Assembly: GCA_023818965.1 (NCBI GenBank)
Contig: JAMWCD010000001.1
Span: 9,509-73,508, forward strand
Direction of reading: 5' to 3'
Length of the DNA stretch: 64,000 nt
Origin: Candidatus Omnitrophota bacterium
Lineage (GTDB): Bacteria; Ratteibacteria; UBA8468; B48-G9; DTJG01
Position 1 is the stretch's first letter; each line of letters opens with the position of its first letter. A program made the translations under genes and the position numbers. Below are positions 10,624-20,241 of the stretch, piece by piece. Under the pieces are notes generated by a model. It was given only the letters and a program-made list of their open reading frames with translations. It searched no databases and was not told the DNA's origin.

Positions 10624-12522
10624 ATGACAAAACCTGGTAATGATTTTCCTGAAGCAAACAGGGTTGAGATTATTCTTGTGCATTCGGAAAGGGCTGATTT
10701 TTCTTATGAGAAAGCCCAAGCTGACCAGTTATTGAATTGGATTTTTCTTGGACGTTCATATATTGAATTAATCAGGTGGGAGAAAATTCTTAAAAATTTC
10801 AAAAGAATTCAAACAGGTAAATTACTTGATGAAATTGCTTTTTCTTTGAAAGATTGTTATGTTTTGTGGAGTGCTTCTTTTGCAGAAAAATATAAAAATG
10901 ATATTTCATGGTGGACTTCAAGGGTATGGGAAAGAAATACGATGGTTTCATCAATTTTTTTACACCTGTGCTATGTAAAACTTCTTGAGAAGATTGTTCA
11001 GGATTTTGAAGGAGAGAAATTGCTTGTTGTGTGCGAGAGTTCTTTTCTTATGTCAACTTTACATCGTCATTTTAAACAAAAAGGTTTTCATGTTGTTTTA
11101 TCTGATGATTTTTATTTCTATCACTGTAAGGAGAAATTTATTTTGGTTTTTCGCTTTATCAAGAATTTTTTGAAAGGAATTAAAGGACTTCTTACACGAT
11201 GGGTTTTTGCAAAAACAACAAAAAGATATGCTAAAAATCAATGGCATGGTTCTGATAGAAACTGGATTATTATTCATACATGCATTGATGATGGTTGTTT
11301 CGGTAAAGATGGAAAATTTTATGATAGGTATTTCCCTGGTTTATATGATTGGCTTGAGAACAATGGGTTTGGTGTTGCGATAATTCCATGGATTTACAAT
11401 GTTACAATGCCATTGAAAAATGTGTACAGATGGTTCAGGGAAAATGAAAAGTTATTTTTAATTCCTGAAGATTTTTATAGGATTTCGGATTATTTCTGGG
11501 CATTTTTCCAATTTTTCAGAAGGAATTTTAGAGTTATGAATACCCAGTTCATTGAAGACATGGATATCACAATGTTTATAAAGGAAGAAAAAATTCGACA
11601 GATAATGGAATTTGAGACAATAAATTTTTTGCTCTATTATCGTTTGTTCAGAAGATTGAAAAAAAAGAATTTTCAATTGAGGCAGTTGATTGATACCTTT
11701 GAGAATATGATTACAGAAAAATCTCAAATTATGAGTATAAAGAAGTATTTCCCTGAAGCAAGCATAACCGGTTATCAGCACGCCTTAATCCTGACATTAC
11801 TTCTTTCATATCAAGCAACAAAGAAAGAACATCATACTGGCCCATATCCTGATATTATTATTTCCTGCAGTGAATGGACGAAAAAAATTCTGGTTGATAA
11901 TGGTTTTGATAGTTCAAGAATTTTAGAAGGTCCTCCTTTAAGATACCAGTATCTTTTTAAATTCAAAGAATTTTCAAATGTTTTTGAAAAACAAAAGTCA
12001 ATTTTGATTATCTGTCCTCTTGCCCTTGATTCAGCGGTTGAACTGATTATCAAGAGTTTCATTGCATTGAATGAAATCGTGGATTATTATGATATTGTCT
12101 ATCTCAAATATCATCCAATGATGAACCACAGGCAACTTCTAAAAGCGGCAAAAATGGAAAAATTGCCTGAAAAATGGGTAATTGCCTCAGGTAATATAGA
12201 GGAATTTCTAAAAAAAGCACACTGTGTTATTAGCAGCACAACATCAGCAGTGCTGGAAGCCATAGTTTGCGGTATTCCAGTAGTTATTACAGGCAGGGAA
12301 ACAGATTTAACAATGAATCCTCTTGGATGGTTGCAGGAAAAGGAATTTCAACCTGTTTTTGATACCTGTGAAATGAGAGAAATCATCAAACGAAACCTTT
12401 CTTTATCTGATGAACAAAGGACTCAATTGAAAGAAAAAGGGAAACATTTGCTTGATATGATTTTTAAGCCAGTTGATGATCAAGGATTAAAGGTTTTTGC
12501 CAGCATATGTACAGAAAAATAA
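10624..12522 (+). CDS. Surface carbohydrate biosynthesis protein, GT-B-like (resembles TIGR04326-type proteins)
   Basis: 632 aa; GYQHA, PLRYQYL, LKYHP and TSAVLEAIVCGIPV motifs. Confidence 0.6.
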   Translation: MTKPGNDFPEANRVEIILVHSERADFSYEKAQADQLLNWIFLGRSYIELIRWEKILKNFKRIQTGKLLDEIAFSLKDCYVLWSASFAEKYKNDISWWTSRVWERNTMVSSIFLHLCYVKLLEKIVQDFEGEKLLVVCESSFLMSTLHRHFKQKGFHVVLSDDFYFYHCKEKFILVFRFIKNFLKGIKGLLTRWVFAKTTKRYAKNQWHGSDRNWIIIHTCIDDGCFGKDGKFYDRYFPGLYDWLENNGFGVAIIPWIYNVTMPLKNVYRWFRENEKLFLIPEDFYRISDYFWAFFQFFRRNFRVMNTQFIEDMDITMFIKEEKIRQIMEFETINFLLYYRLFRRLKKKNFQLRQLIDTFENMITEKSQIMSIKKYFPEASITGYQHALILTLLLSYQATKKEHHTGPYPDIIISCSEWTKKILVDNGFDSSRILEGPPLRYQYLFKFKEFSNVFEKQKSILIICPLALDSAVELIIKSFIALNEIVDYYDIVYLKYHPMMNHRQLLKAAKMEKLPEKWVIASGNIEEFLKKAHCVISSTTSAVLEAIVCGIPVVITGRETDLTMNPLGWLQEKEFQPVFDTCEMREIIKRNLSLSDEQRTQLKEKGKHLLDMIFKPVDDQGLKVFASICTEK

Positions 12523-13394
12523 AAAGAATTGTCAGAGATTTATATGACTGGGTAAAACTTTTGCCTCATTATCTCAGTGCTGAATACTCACGTTTAAAAT
12601 ATCAGGAGAGAATTGAAAAGGTAATGACAGATTATGATATGGTAAAGGAGGAAGCAGAAAAATTTTTCAAACACAGGTATATGGCGGTTGTTTCTCAATT
12701 AATCAATAAGAAATTTAATGGATGCAGGAATTTAAGGGTTCTTGATGCAGGTTGTGGTCAGGGAAGAATTGCAATTGAACTTGCCAAAATGGGTTGTTAC
12801 ATTGAGGCAGTTGATTCAGTCAAGGATGTGATTGATAAGGGAAAAGAATATGCAAAAATTCAGGGGGTTGAAAATTTGATTTCATGGAAACATGGTGAAC
12901 TTCCAGAAGTACTTTCGGCTTACAAAAATGACTTCTATGACATTGTAATTTGCTTTGAGGTTTTATACATGATGCCTTTTCAGAAAAGCAAAGCGACATT
13001 TGAATCTCTTGCAAAAAAAGTGAAAGGCGGCGGGATTTTGATTGTTTCTTTGAGGACAAGATACTTTTATTTTCTTTACTCGCTGTTGAACAAAGATTTT
13101 TTAAAATTGAAGTGGGCTGCCGAACACAATGATTTTATTGGGCTCGGTGAATCCATTTCCTGGATTGATCCTGAACAGATTATTGAATTGTTTAAAAATT
13201 CTGGGTTTTCAGGTGTATCCAGAAAATCAATAGGTATGATTTCAGGCATCAAGGGTGATCCAACCGGTGTATTTTGTTTACCTGCTTTACTTACAGAAGA
13301 TCAGAAGAAAATTGTTGGAGAAATTGAAGATAAATATGGTGAAATATATCCTGATTCAGGAAGATATTTACTTGTATGGGGAGAGAAACAATGA
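12507..13394 (+). CDS. Class I SAM-dependent methyltransferase
   Basis: VLDAGCGQG motif I, YDIVICFEVL, KGGGILIVS. Confidence 0.85.
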   Translation: MYRKIKRIVRDLYDWVKLLPHYLSAEYSRLKYQERIEKVMTDYDMVKEEAEKFFKHRYMAVVSQLINKKFNGCRNLRVLDAGCGQGRIAIELAKMGCYIEAVDSVKDVIDKGKEYAKIQGVENLISWKHGELPEVLSAYKNDFYDIVICFEVLYMMPFQKSKATFESLAKKVKGGGILIVSLRTRYFYFLYSLLNKDFLKLKWAAEHNDFIGLGESISWIDPEQIIELFKNSGFSGVSRKSIGMISGIKGDPTGVFCLPALLTEDQKKIVGEIEDKYGEIYPDSGRYLLVWGEKQ

Positions 13395-14494
13395 TACCTG
13401 TCTCAAAACCATTTGTAGGTGAAGAAGAACTTGAAGAGGTAAGAAAGGTTTTTCAGTCATCATGGCTTGGAATGGGTCAGTGGACAAAGAACTTTGAAGA
13501 CCAATTAAAAAATTTTCTCGGCGTAAAACACGTAATCGCAGTTAATTCAGGAACTTCAGCCATTCATCTTGCTCTTGTCTGTTGTGGAATAAAAAATGGA
13601 GACCAGGTTATTGTGCCATCTTTAACATTCGCTGCAACAGTACAGGCAATAGTAGCAACAGGAGCAGAACCAGTTTTCTGTGATGTTGAGCCCGATACAT
13701 TGAACATTGATACTGATGATGCCAGGAGAAGGATTACTGAAAGAACAAAGGCAATTGTACCTGTTCATTACAGGGGATATCCATGTGATATGGAAAAGAT
13801 TGAAAACATAGCAAAAAAGAATAATATACGGATTATTGAAGATGCTGCTCATGCGTTTGGCTCAAAGTATAAAGGTAAAAAAATTGGTTCATTCGGAGAT
13901 ATTACCTGTTTCAGTTTCGACCCGATTAAGATTATCACATGCGGAGAAGGAGGGGCAATTGCAACAAATAATGACCAAGTAGCAGTGCTCGCACAGAAGG
14001 GAAGAATTCTTGGTATCAGTAAAGATACCTGGTCAAGATACAGACATGAAAGAGCATGGTTTTATGATGTTGAAACGATTGGATTCAGATATCATATGAG
14101 TAATATTAATGCAGCGATCGGGATTGTGCAGTTAAAAAAGTTTGATGAGTTTTTAAGAAGAAGAATAGAAATTGTGAAATTGTATGATGAAAATTTAAGG
14201 AATATTGAAGGGGTGAAACTGCTGAAAATCGATTACGACTCAATGGCTCCTTTTTGTTATATCATTCGGGCACAGAAACGAGATAAACTTATGCAATTTC
14301 TAAAAGAAAATTCCATTGATACAGGTATTCATTATATTCCCAATCATCAGCAAACATTTTTTTCAAAATATTCAACTTCATTGCCTGTCACCGAAAAAAT
14401 TTTTGAAGAAATTCTTACGCTTCCACTTTACTATCAGTTGAAGGATGAAGAGGTTCTGGTGATTTGTGAGAAAATTAAACAGTTTTATTCATAA
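13391..14494 (+). CDS. DegT/DnrJ/EryC1/StrS PLP-dependent sugar aminotransferase
   Basis: NSGTSAIH, IEDAAHAFG, FSFDPIKIITCGEGG (PLP lysine). Confidence 0.95.
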   Translation: MIPVSKPFVGEEELEEVRKVFQSSWLGMGQWTKNFEDQLKNFLGVKHVIAVNSGTSAIHLALVCCGIKNGDQVIVPSLTFAATVQAIVATGAEPVFCDVEPDTLNIDTDDARRRITERTKAIVPVHYRGYPCDMEKIENIAKKNNIRIIEDAAHAFGSKYKGKKIGSFGDITCFSFDPIKIITCGEGGAIATNNDQVAVLAQKGRILGISKDTWSRYRHERAWFYDVETIGFRYHMSNINAAIGIVQLKKFDEFLRRRIEIVKLYDENLRNIEGVKLLKIDYDSMAPFCYIIRAQKRDKLMQFLKENSIDTGIHYIPNHQQTFFSKYSTSLPVTEKIFEEILTLPLYYQLKDEEVLVICEKIKQFYS

Positions 14495-14496
14495 AA

Positions 14497-15444
14497 ATGA
14501 AAGATGTTAGTGTAATTATCCCGGTATATAATGCCAGCAGATTTATCAGGCAAACAATTGAAAGTGTTCTGTCACAAACATACAAGAACTTAGAATTGAT
14601 TATTGTTGATGATGGTTCAACTGATGATTCTCCAGAAATAATAAAAAGTTTCAAGGACTCAAGAATTGTTTTTATCAGGCAAAAAAATAAAGGAGTTTCA
14701 GCAGCCAGAAATACAGCAGTAGCAGCATCAAGTGGAAAATTTATTGCACTTCTTGATCACGATGATATATGGTTTCCAGAAAAACTTGAAAAACAAATCC
14801 CGTTGTTTGAGAAAAATCCTGAAACAGGGCTTGTTTATTCTGATATTGGCTACATTGATGCTGATGGTAAACAAGTTTCCTGGATGCTGAAACAATTTGA
14901 ACCACACAGAGGTTATGTATTGAAAGAACTTTTTCTGAATGATTTTATTCCGTGTTTGACTGCTGTTTTCAGAAGGGATGTTCTTAAAAAAACAGGGCTT
15001 TTCAATGAAAAATATAGATTTGCTGAGGAGTATGATTTATTTTTAAGAATAGCCCGTTATTATCAAGTTGATTTTGTTGATGAGGTTCTTGCCTGCTACA
15101 GGGTCCATGAAACAAACTTAAGCAGGAATGTTATTGCGGGTTATCTTGAAAATATTGAAATTCTTGAGAGTTTTTATCATAATGTTCCTGAAGTGAAAAA
15201 TTTTGAACATGTTGCAAGAGAAAGAATTTCGAAAATGTATTTTATCACAGGCAGAAGATACCAGGTTGAAGAAAAAAATCGTACAAAGGCAATGGAGATG
15301 TTTAAAAAATCCATTTTTTACAGAATCAGTTTTAAGGCAGTTGCTGGTTTTGTTACTGCATTTTTGAGAATTCCTGTTCCAAGAAGATACAGAATTTTAA
15401 AATTTTTTTCACCAAAAAATATTTTTGATGCCCATGAAAAATAA
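14497..15444 (+). CDS. Glycosyltransferase family 2
   Basis: VSVIIPVYN, VDDGSTD, GVSAARN, LDHDD. Confidence 0.95.
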   Translation: MKDVSVIIPVYNASRFIRQTIESVLSQTYKNLELIIVDDGSTDDSPEIIKSFKDSRIVFIRQKNKGVSAARNTAVAASSGKFIALLDHDDIWFPEKLEKQIPLFEKNPETGLVYSDIGYIDADGKQVSWMLKQFEPHRGYVLKELFLNDFIPCLTAVFRRDVLKKTGLFNEKYRFAEEYDLFLRIARYYQVDFVDEVLACYRVHETNLSRNVIAGYLENIEILESFYHNVPEVKNFEHVARERISKMYFITGRRYQVEEKNRTKAMEMFKKSIFYRISFKAVAGFVTAFLRIPVPRRYRILKFFSPKNIFDAHEK

Positions 15445-16558
15445 TTTTTCACAAATGGGGAATAAATTTCCGAAGGTCGCCTTTGTAATTTCATCCCTTG
15501 GTTGTGGTGGAGCAGAGAAAGTTCTTTCAATGATTGCAAATTATTTTTCATCAAAAGGATATGATGTGAGCATTATTACATTTGACAGTCCTTCTCAAAA
15601 ACCATTTTTTGCTCTATCAGAAAAGGTTAACATATTTCAGACGGACATGCTGGATATTTCAATCACGTTTGCATCTAAGATAAGAAATTTTCTCAGGCGG
15701 GTAATTACAATAAGAAGATTAATCAAGCAATTGAAAGCGGATATTGTAATTTCCTTTATGGACAGGGTTAATGTAATAACCCTGATAGCAACAAGATTTT
15801 TGAAAATTCCTGTAATTGTATGTGAAAGAAGCGACCCTGTTTTATGCTATCCTGGTAGATTCTGGAATATATTGAGAATTATTACCTATTTTTTTTCCTG
15901 TAAAATTGTTGTGCAAACGAAGTATGCATCTAAAAAGTTTTCCATTTTTTTGAGAAAAAAGATTGTTGTAATTCCAAATCCTGTAAAAAAGGTTGAAAAA
16001 ACCGGGATACAGAGAAAAAATTGTCTTATACTAGGTATGGGAAGATTTACTGAAGAGAAAAATTTTGAATTAGTTATTGAAGCATTCAGTAGAGTAAAGA
16101 ATAATCATCCGGGTTGGTATCTTGAAATATATGGTGAAGGCCCATTAAGAAAAAAATTCGAGTTAATGGTAAAAGAACTTGGAATTGCTGACTCTGTGAA
16201 ATTTCCAGGAATTACAAAAAATGTTGATGAGGTTTTTCAAACAGCAGATATTTTTGTGCTGTGTTCAAAATATGAAGGTTTTCCAAATGTTTTGTGTGAA
16301 GCCATGGCAAATGGCTGTGCCTGTATTTCAACAGATTGCAGTGGAATCAGTGAAATTATTACGGACAACTACGATGGAGTTATTGTTGAACCTGATAATC
16401 CTGAAAAACTTAAAAATGCAATAGAGTGTTTGATCGTTGATAGAGAAAAAAGAAGAAAACTTGGAGAAAATGCAGAAAAAATTTCTGTTAAATTTGATGC
16501 TGAAAGTATTCTTCAGAAATGGCTTTCAATCGTTGAACAATGTCTTTTTTCTCGATGA
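15434..16558 (+). CDS. Glycosyltransferase family 4
   Basis: GGAEKV, MGRFTEEKNF, EGFPNVLCEAMA. Exact start uncertain. Confidence 0.92.
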   Translation: MKNNFSQMGNKFPKVAFVISSLGCGGAEKVLSMIANYFSSKGYDVSIITFDSPSQKPFFALSEKVNIFQTDMLDISITFASKIRNFLRRVITIRRLIKQLKADIVISFMDRVNVITLIATRFLKIPVIVCERSDPVLCYPGRFWNILRIITYFFSCKIVVQTKYASKKFSIFLRKKIVVIPNPVKKVEKTGIQRKNCLILGMGRFTEEKNFELVIEAFSRVKNNHPGWYLEIYGEGPLRKKFELMVKELGIADSVKFPGITKNVDEVFQTADIFVLCSKYEGFPNVLCEAMANGCACISTDCSGISEIITDNYDGVIVEPDNPEKLKNAIECLIVDREKRRKLGENAEKISVKFDAESILQKWLSIVEQCLFSR

Positions 16559-16597
16559 TTTTTGCTATTAGAAAGATTGTTTTATCGACACGATCAC

Positions 16598-17674
16598 ATG
16601 ATTAAAATTTGCTATATCATTGGGACACTGGAAACTGGCGGAACTGAAAAACAACTTTATCTTTTGATTAAAAATCTTGATAAAGAGAAATTTTGCACAA
16701 CTGTTGTTTCATTGAGAGATGGAAGAATGAGAAATGATTTTGAAAAAATTACCAAATTATATGTTTTAAAAAAGAGATGGAAATTTGATCTGAAAATTCT
16801 TTTTGACCTGGTCAGAATTATGAAAAAGGGAAGGTTTGATATTGTTCACTCGTTTTTGTTTACGTCAAATACCTGGGGCAGGATTGCAGGTATATGTGCT
16901 GGAGTACCGGTTATCATTGCTTCTGAGAGGAGTATTGACTTATGGAAAAAGCCCATCCATATTTTTGTTGATATTGTACTTGGTTATTTCACTGATAAAA
17001 TTGTTTGCAACTCGTTTACTGTAAAAAAACACTACGAAAGAAAATTGAAACAGGTTGCAAAAAAATTGATTGTAATAAGAAATGGTATTGAGTTAAAGCA
17101 ACTCCCTGATTCTATTGAAACAGGAGAGAAAACAGAAAAAATTGTTTTTACTGCAAGCAGGTTATCACCTGAAAAAGGTATTGTGTATCTTATTTATGCT
17201 GCAAAGAAAATTCTTGAAAAAAGAAAGGATATAAAATTTCTTATTGCAGGGGATGGTGAACTCAGACAAAAACTTGAAAATTTTGCTAATGAATACAAAA
17301 TTTCAAATAATGTTATTTTTTTAGGTTACCAGGAAAATGTTCAACAGTTTATCTGTGTGTCAGATGTTGTGGTGCTTACTTCTTTATGGGAGGGATTACC
17401 AAATATTCTTCTTGAAGCCATGGCAATGAAAAAACCTGTTGTGGCAACAAATGTGGGTGGAACAGCAGAGATAGTAAAAGACGGTGAAAATGGGTTTCTT
17501 GTAGAACCGTGTGATGTTGCAGGGATTGCTGAGAAAATTGAAAAATTGATTGATGATGAAAATCTTTCAAAATCAATGGGAGAAAAGGGGTATGAATTTG
17601 TCAGGGGGAATTTTGACCTATCTTTAATGGTTTTAGCATATGAAAAATTATATCAAAAATTGATTTTGAGATAA
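16598..17674 (+). CDS. Glycosyltransferase family 4
   Basis: GGTEKQL, SRLSPEKG, EGLPNILLEAMA. ATG at 16598. Confidence 0.92.
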   Translation: MIKICYIIGTLETGGTEKQLYLLIKNLDKEKFCTTVVSLRDGRMRNDFEKITKLYVLKKRWKFDLKILFDLVRIMKKGRFDIVHSFLFTSNTWGRIAGICAGVPVIIASERSIDLWKKPIHIFVDIVLGYFTDKIVCNSFTVKKHYERKLKQVAKKLIVIRNGIELKQLPDSIETGEKTEKIVFTASRLSPEKGIVYLIYAAKKILEKRKDIKFLIAGDGELRQKLENFANEYKISNNVIFLGYQENVQQFICVSDVVVLTSLWEGLPNILLEAMAMKKPVVATNVGGTAEIVKDGENGFLVEPCDVAGIAEKIEKLIDDENLSKSMGEKGYEFVRGNFDLSLMVLAYEKLYQKLILR

Positions 17675-17707
17675 TTCCTCTTTGAATGTTTTTCATCCTC
17701 TTTTTGA

Positions 17708-17902
17708 TTTCCCCTTTTCCAAAATCTTTTCAAACATATTATACAAGGGGGAAGAAGGGGGATTTAAAAAATTATCTCCCTTTCGTAAAGGGAGATAAAA
17801 GAGGGATTTTTATCCTGGTGAAAATCCACCCCAACCCTCCTTTAAAAAAGGAGGGAGTAGAATATAATTTTTCCCCCTTTTCCAAAGGGGGAATAGGGGG
17901 CT
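17708..17902. repeat. C5/G5 hairpin repeat cluster 1
   Basis: Units such as CTCCCTTTCGTAAAGGGAG, CCCTCCTTTAAAAAAGGAGGG and TTCCCCCTTTTCCAAAGGGGGAA, with AAATCC/GGATTT flanks. Confidence 0.85.
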
Positions 17903-17929
17903 TGAAACAGGTTGAAAGGAGTGTGAAAA

Positions 17930-19825
17930 ATGTGTGGAATATGCGGGATTGTAAGAAAAAATGATAAGGTGGATGAACAACTTGTAAGAAAAATGGCTTC
18001 AACAATGAATCATCGTGGTCCTGATGAAGAAGGATTTGTGTTTTCAGGATCCTGCGGGTTTGGTCACAAGAGATTAAGTATTATTGACCTTACAACAGGC
18101 AGGCAACCAATTTCCAATGAAAACAATAAATTGTTTCTTATCTGCAATGGAGAAATATACAATTTTAAACAGTTGAGGGAAACACTTGAAAAAACAGGCC
18201 ATATCTTCAAAACAAAATCAGATAATGAGGTAATCATTCATCTTTATGAACAATATGGAGTTGAGTGCCTGAAATTTTTGAGAGGAATGTTTGCATTTGC
18301 AATATGGGACAGTGAAAAGAAAATATTATTTCTTGCAAGAGACCGGCTTGGCAAAAAACCACTTGTCTACTCAATAAAAGGTAATGACATTTACTTTGCC
18401 TCAGAAATAAAGGCATTGCTTGAAGTAGACGATATTTCAAAGGAAATAGATACTGCTGCCATGGACCTTTTTCTTACATATCAGGCAATTCCATCTCCCT
18501 ATACAATTTTTACTCACATTAGAAAATTGCAACCAGGGCATTTTTTGTTATGGAAAGATGGGAGTGTGAAAATTGAAAGATACTGGCAGATTGATTTTAC
18601 AAAAAAATTGATATTGAAAGATGAACAGGAATACATTGATGCAATGTGGGAGAAGTTAAAAGAAGCAACAAAAATCAGGATGATATCAGATGTTCCTCTT
18701 GGTGCTTTTTTAAGTGGCGGAATTGATTCTTCAACAATTGTTGGGATAATGAGTGAATTTTCAACCAGCCCAGTAAAAACATTTTCAATTGGATTTGAAG
18801 AAACAGATTTCAGTGAACTGAAATATGCAAAAATTGTTGCACAGAAATTTAGTACTGAACACAATGAGTTTATTGTAAGACCGGATATTATCTCCATACT
18901 TCCAAAACTTGTATGGCACTATAATGAACCATTTGCTGATTCATCAATGGTGCCTACTTATTATGTTGCCAGGGAAACAAGAAAACATGTGACTGTTGCT
19001 TTAAATGGTGATGGAGGGGATGAGAATTTTGCTGGTTATACAAGGTACTGGCAGACAAAATTGCTTGAAAAGATTTATTTTTTGTATAAAAAAAATCCCT
19101 GCGGCAGGAAAAAAATTCTTAATTTCTTCAGTTCGGCTTATAAAAAATACCCATCGAATTTTTTCTTCAGAATCTGGAAATGGCTTGATGAAACTGATAG
19201 ATATGGTTTTGATTATGCGTATGCCCGAAGAATAATTTCTTTTTCATCTGATTTCAGGTCAGATATTTATTCTGATGAAATGAAAGGAAGAATTTCTGGC
19301 TTTGATTCAATATCCATAGCAAAAAATTTATGGAACAATGCAGGAGATATTGATTTGCTTGAGAAAATGCTTGCTACAGATTTTCAACTTTATTTACCTG
19401 ATGTGTTAATGGTAAAAATGGACATCGCAACAATGGCTAATTCCCTTGAAGCACGAAGTCCTTTTCTTGACAATGAATTTGTGGAACTGATAGCATCTTT
19501 TCCTGCACAGTTGAAAATGAGAAATTTCAAATCGAAATATATTTTAAAAAAGAAATTAAAAAGTTTTTTGCCTGAGCAAATTGTTTCAAGAAAAAAAATG
19601 GGATTTGGAATTCCTGTTGGAAGATGGTTCAGAAAAGAATTGAAAAATTTTCTTCAGGAGATTTTGTTGAGTGAGGCATCGCTTAAGAGAGGTTATTTCA
19701 AGCAGGAGATGATTAGAAAGATTGTTGCTCAACATATTTCAGGGGAGATTGACCATACGAGCAGGTTGTGGGCTCTTGTTACACTTGAGATGTGGCACAG
19801 AATTTTTGTTGACAGAAATCTTTGA
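17930..19825 (+). CDS. asnB: Asparagine synthase (glutamine-hydrolysing) family amidotransferase
   Basis: MCGI N-terminus, HRGPD, RDRLGKKPL, FLSGGIDSS, GDGGDE. Glycan-locus position suggests sugar amidation (inference). Confidence 0.92.
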   Translation: MCGICGIVRKNDKVDEQLVRKMASTMNHRGPDEEGFVFSGSCGFGHKRLSIIDLTTGRQPISNENNKLFLICNGEIYNFKQLRETLEKTGHIFKTKSDNEVIIHLYEQYGVECLKFLRGMFAFAIWDSEKKILFLARDRLGKKPLVYSIKGNDIYFASEIKALLEVDDISKEIDTAAMDLFLTYQAIPSPYTIFTHIRKLQPGHFLLWKDGSVKIERYWQIDFTKKLILKDEQEYIDAMWEKLKEATKIRMISDVPLGAFLSGGIDSSTIVGIMSEFSTSPVKTFSIGFEETDFSELKYAKIVAQKFSTEHNEFIVRPDIISILPKLVWHYNEPFADSSMVPTYYVARETRKHVTVALNGDGGDENFAGYTRYWQTKLLEKIYFLYKKNPCGRKKILNFFSSAYKKYPSNFFFRIWKWLDETDRYGFDYAYARRIISFSSDFRSDIYSDEMKGRISGFDSISIAKNLWNNAGDIDLLEKMLATDFQLYLPDVLMVKMDIATMANSLEARSPFLDNEFVELIASFPAQLKMRNFKSKYILKKKLKSFLPEQIVSRKKMGFGIPVGRWFRKELKNFLQEILLSEASLKRGYFKQEMIRKIVAQHISGEIDHTSRLWALVTLEMWHRIFVDRNL

Positions 19826-20065
19826 AAATTTGCAATATTAAAAATTTGTGTTATATTTTTAATAAATGGAGGAAAACAAAAAGATAAAAAAATTTGGAGA
19901 ATCAGAATCTACACGAAAGTTTATCTCATCCGTGAATACCTGCCATTCAATCATCCTTCTTTATCCCTGTTACAAAAAAGTATGTTACCCTTTTTTTTCT
20001 TTTTACAGAACAGGGATTGAAAAAGGATAAGTATTTTCATTTTAACCTTAAAGGGGGTGATTTGA

Positions 20066-20143
20066 ATGGCGTGTGCCAAAAAGACAGCAAAGAAAACAGC
20101 CAAGAAGACAGCAAAGAAAACAGCGAAAAAAAAGAAAAAGTAG
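20066..20143 (+). CDS. 25-aa basic histone-H1-like peptide MACAKK(TAKK)4KKK, absent from ORF track
   Basis: RBS AAGGGGGTGA 5 nt before ATG; synonymous codon variation between repeats; followed by a GC-rich hairpin. Confidence 0.75.
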   Translation: MACAKKTAKKTAKKTAKKTAKKKKK

Positions 20144-20151
20144 TTTGAATT

Positions 20152-20191
20152 GAGCGCCCGGCTGAGTTTGTTTTCCGGGCGCTCGTATTTT
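20152..20191 (+). terminator. Intrinsic terminator
   Basis: Perfect 10-bp stem GAGCGCCCGG/CCGGGCGCTC followed by GTATTTT. Confidence 0.75.
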
Positions 20192-20241
20192 AATACAAAC
20201 ATTTTATACCATTTATACTAATTTGCCGTCAAAATTGTAAA

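Noticed and set aside
19866-20030. ~54-codon + strand ORF, and the antisense ORF 19951..20202
   Set aside because: No RBS or motif; the antisense ORF simply mirrors the TAKK repeat as FFAV repeats.
20066-20143. Basic peptide as a RiPP precursor for the radical SAM/SPASM or AsnB-like enzymes
   Set aside because: No leader/core organisation or RRE/PqqD gene; the enzymes are embedded in a glycan operon, and AsnB has an intact glutaminase domain unlike lasso cyclases.
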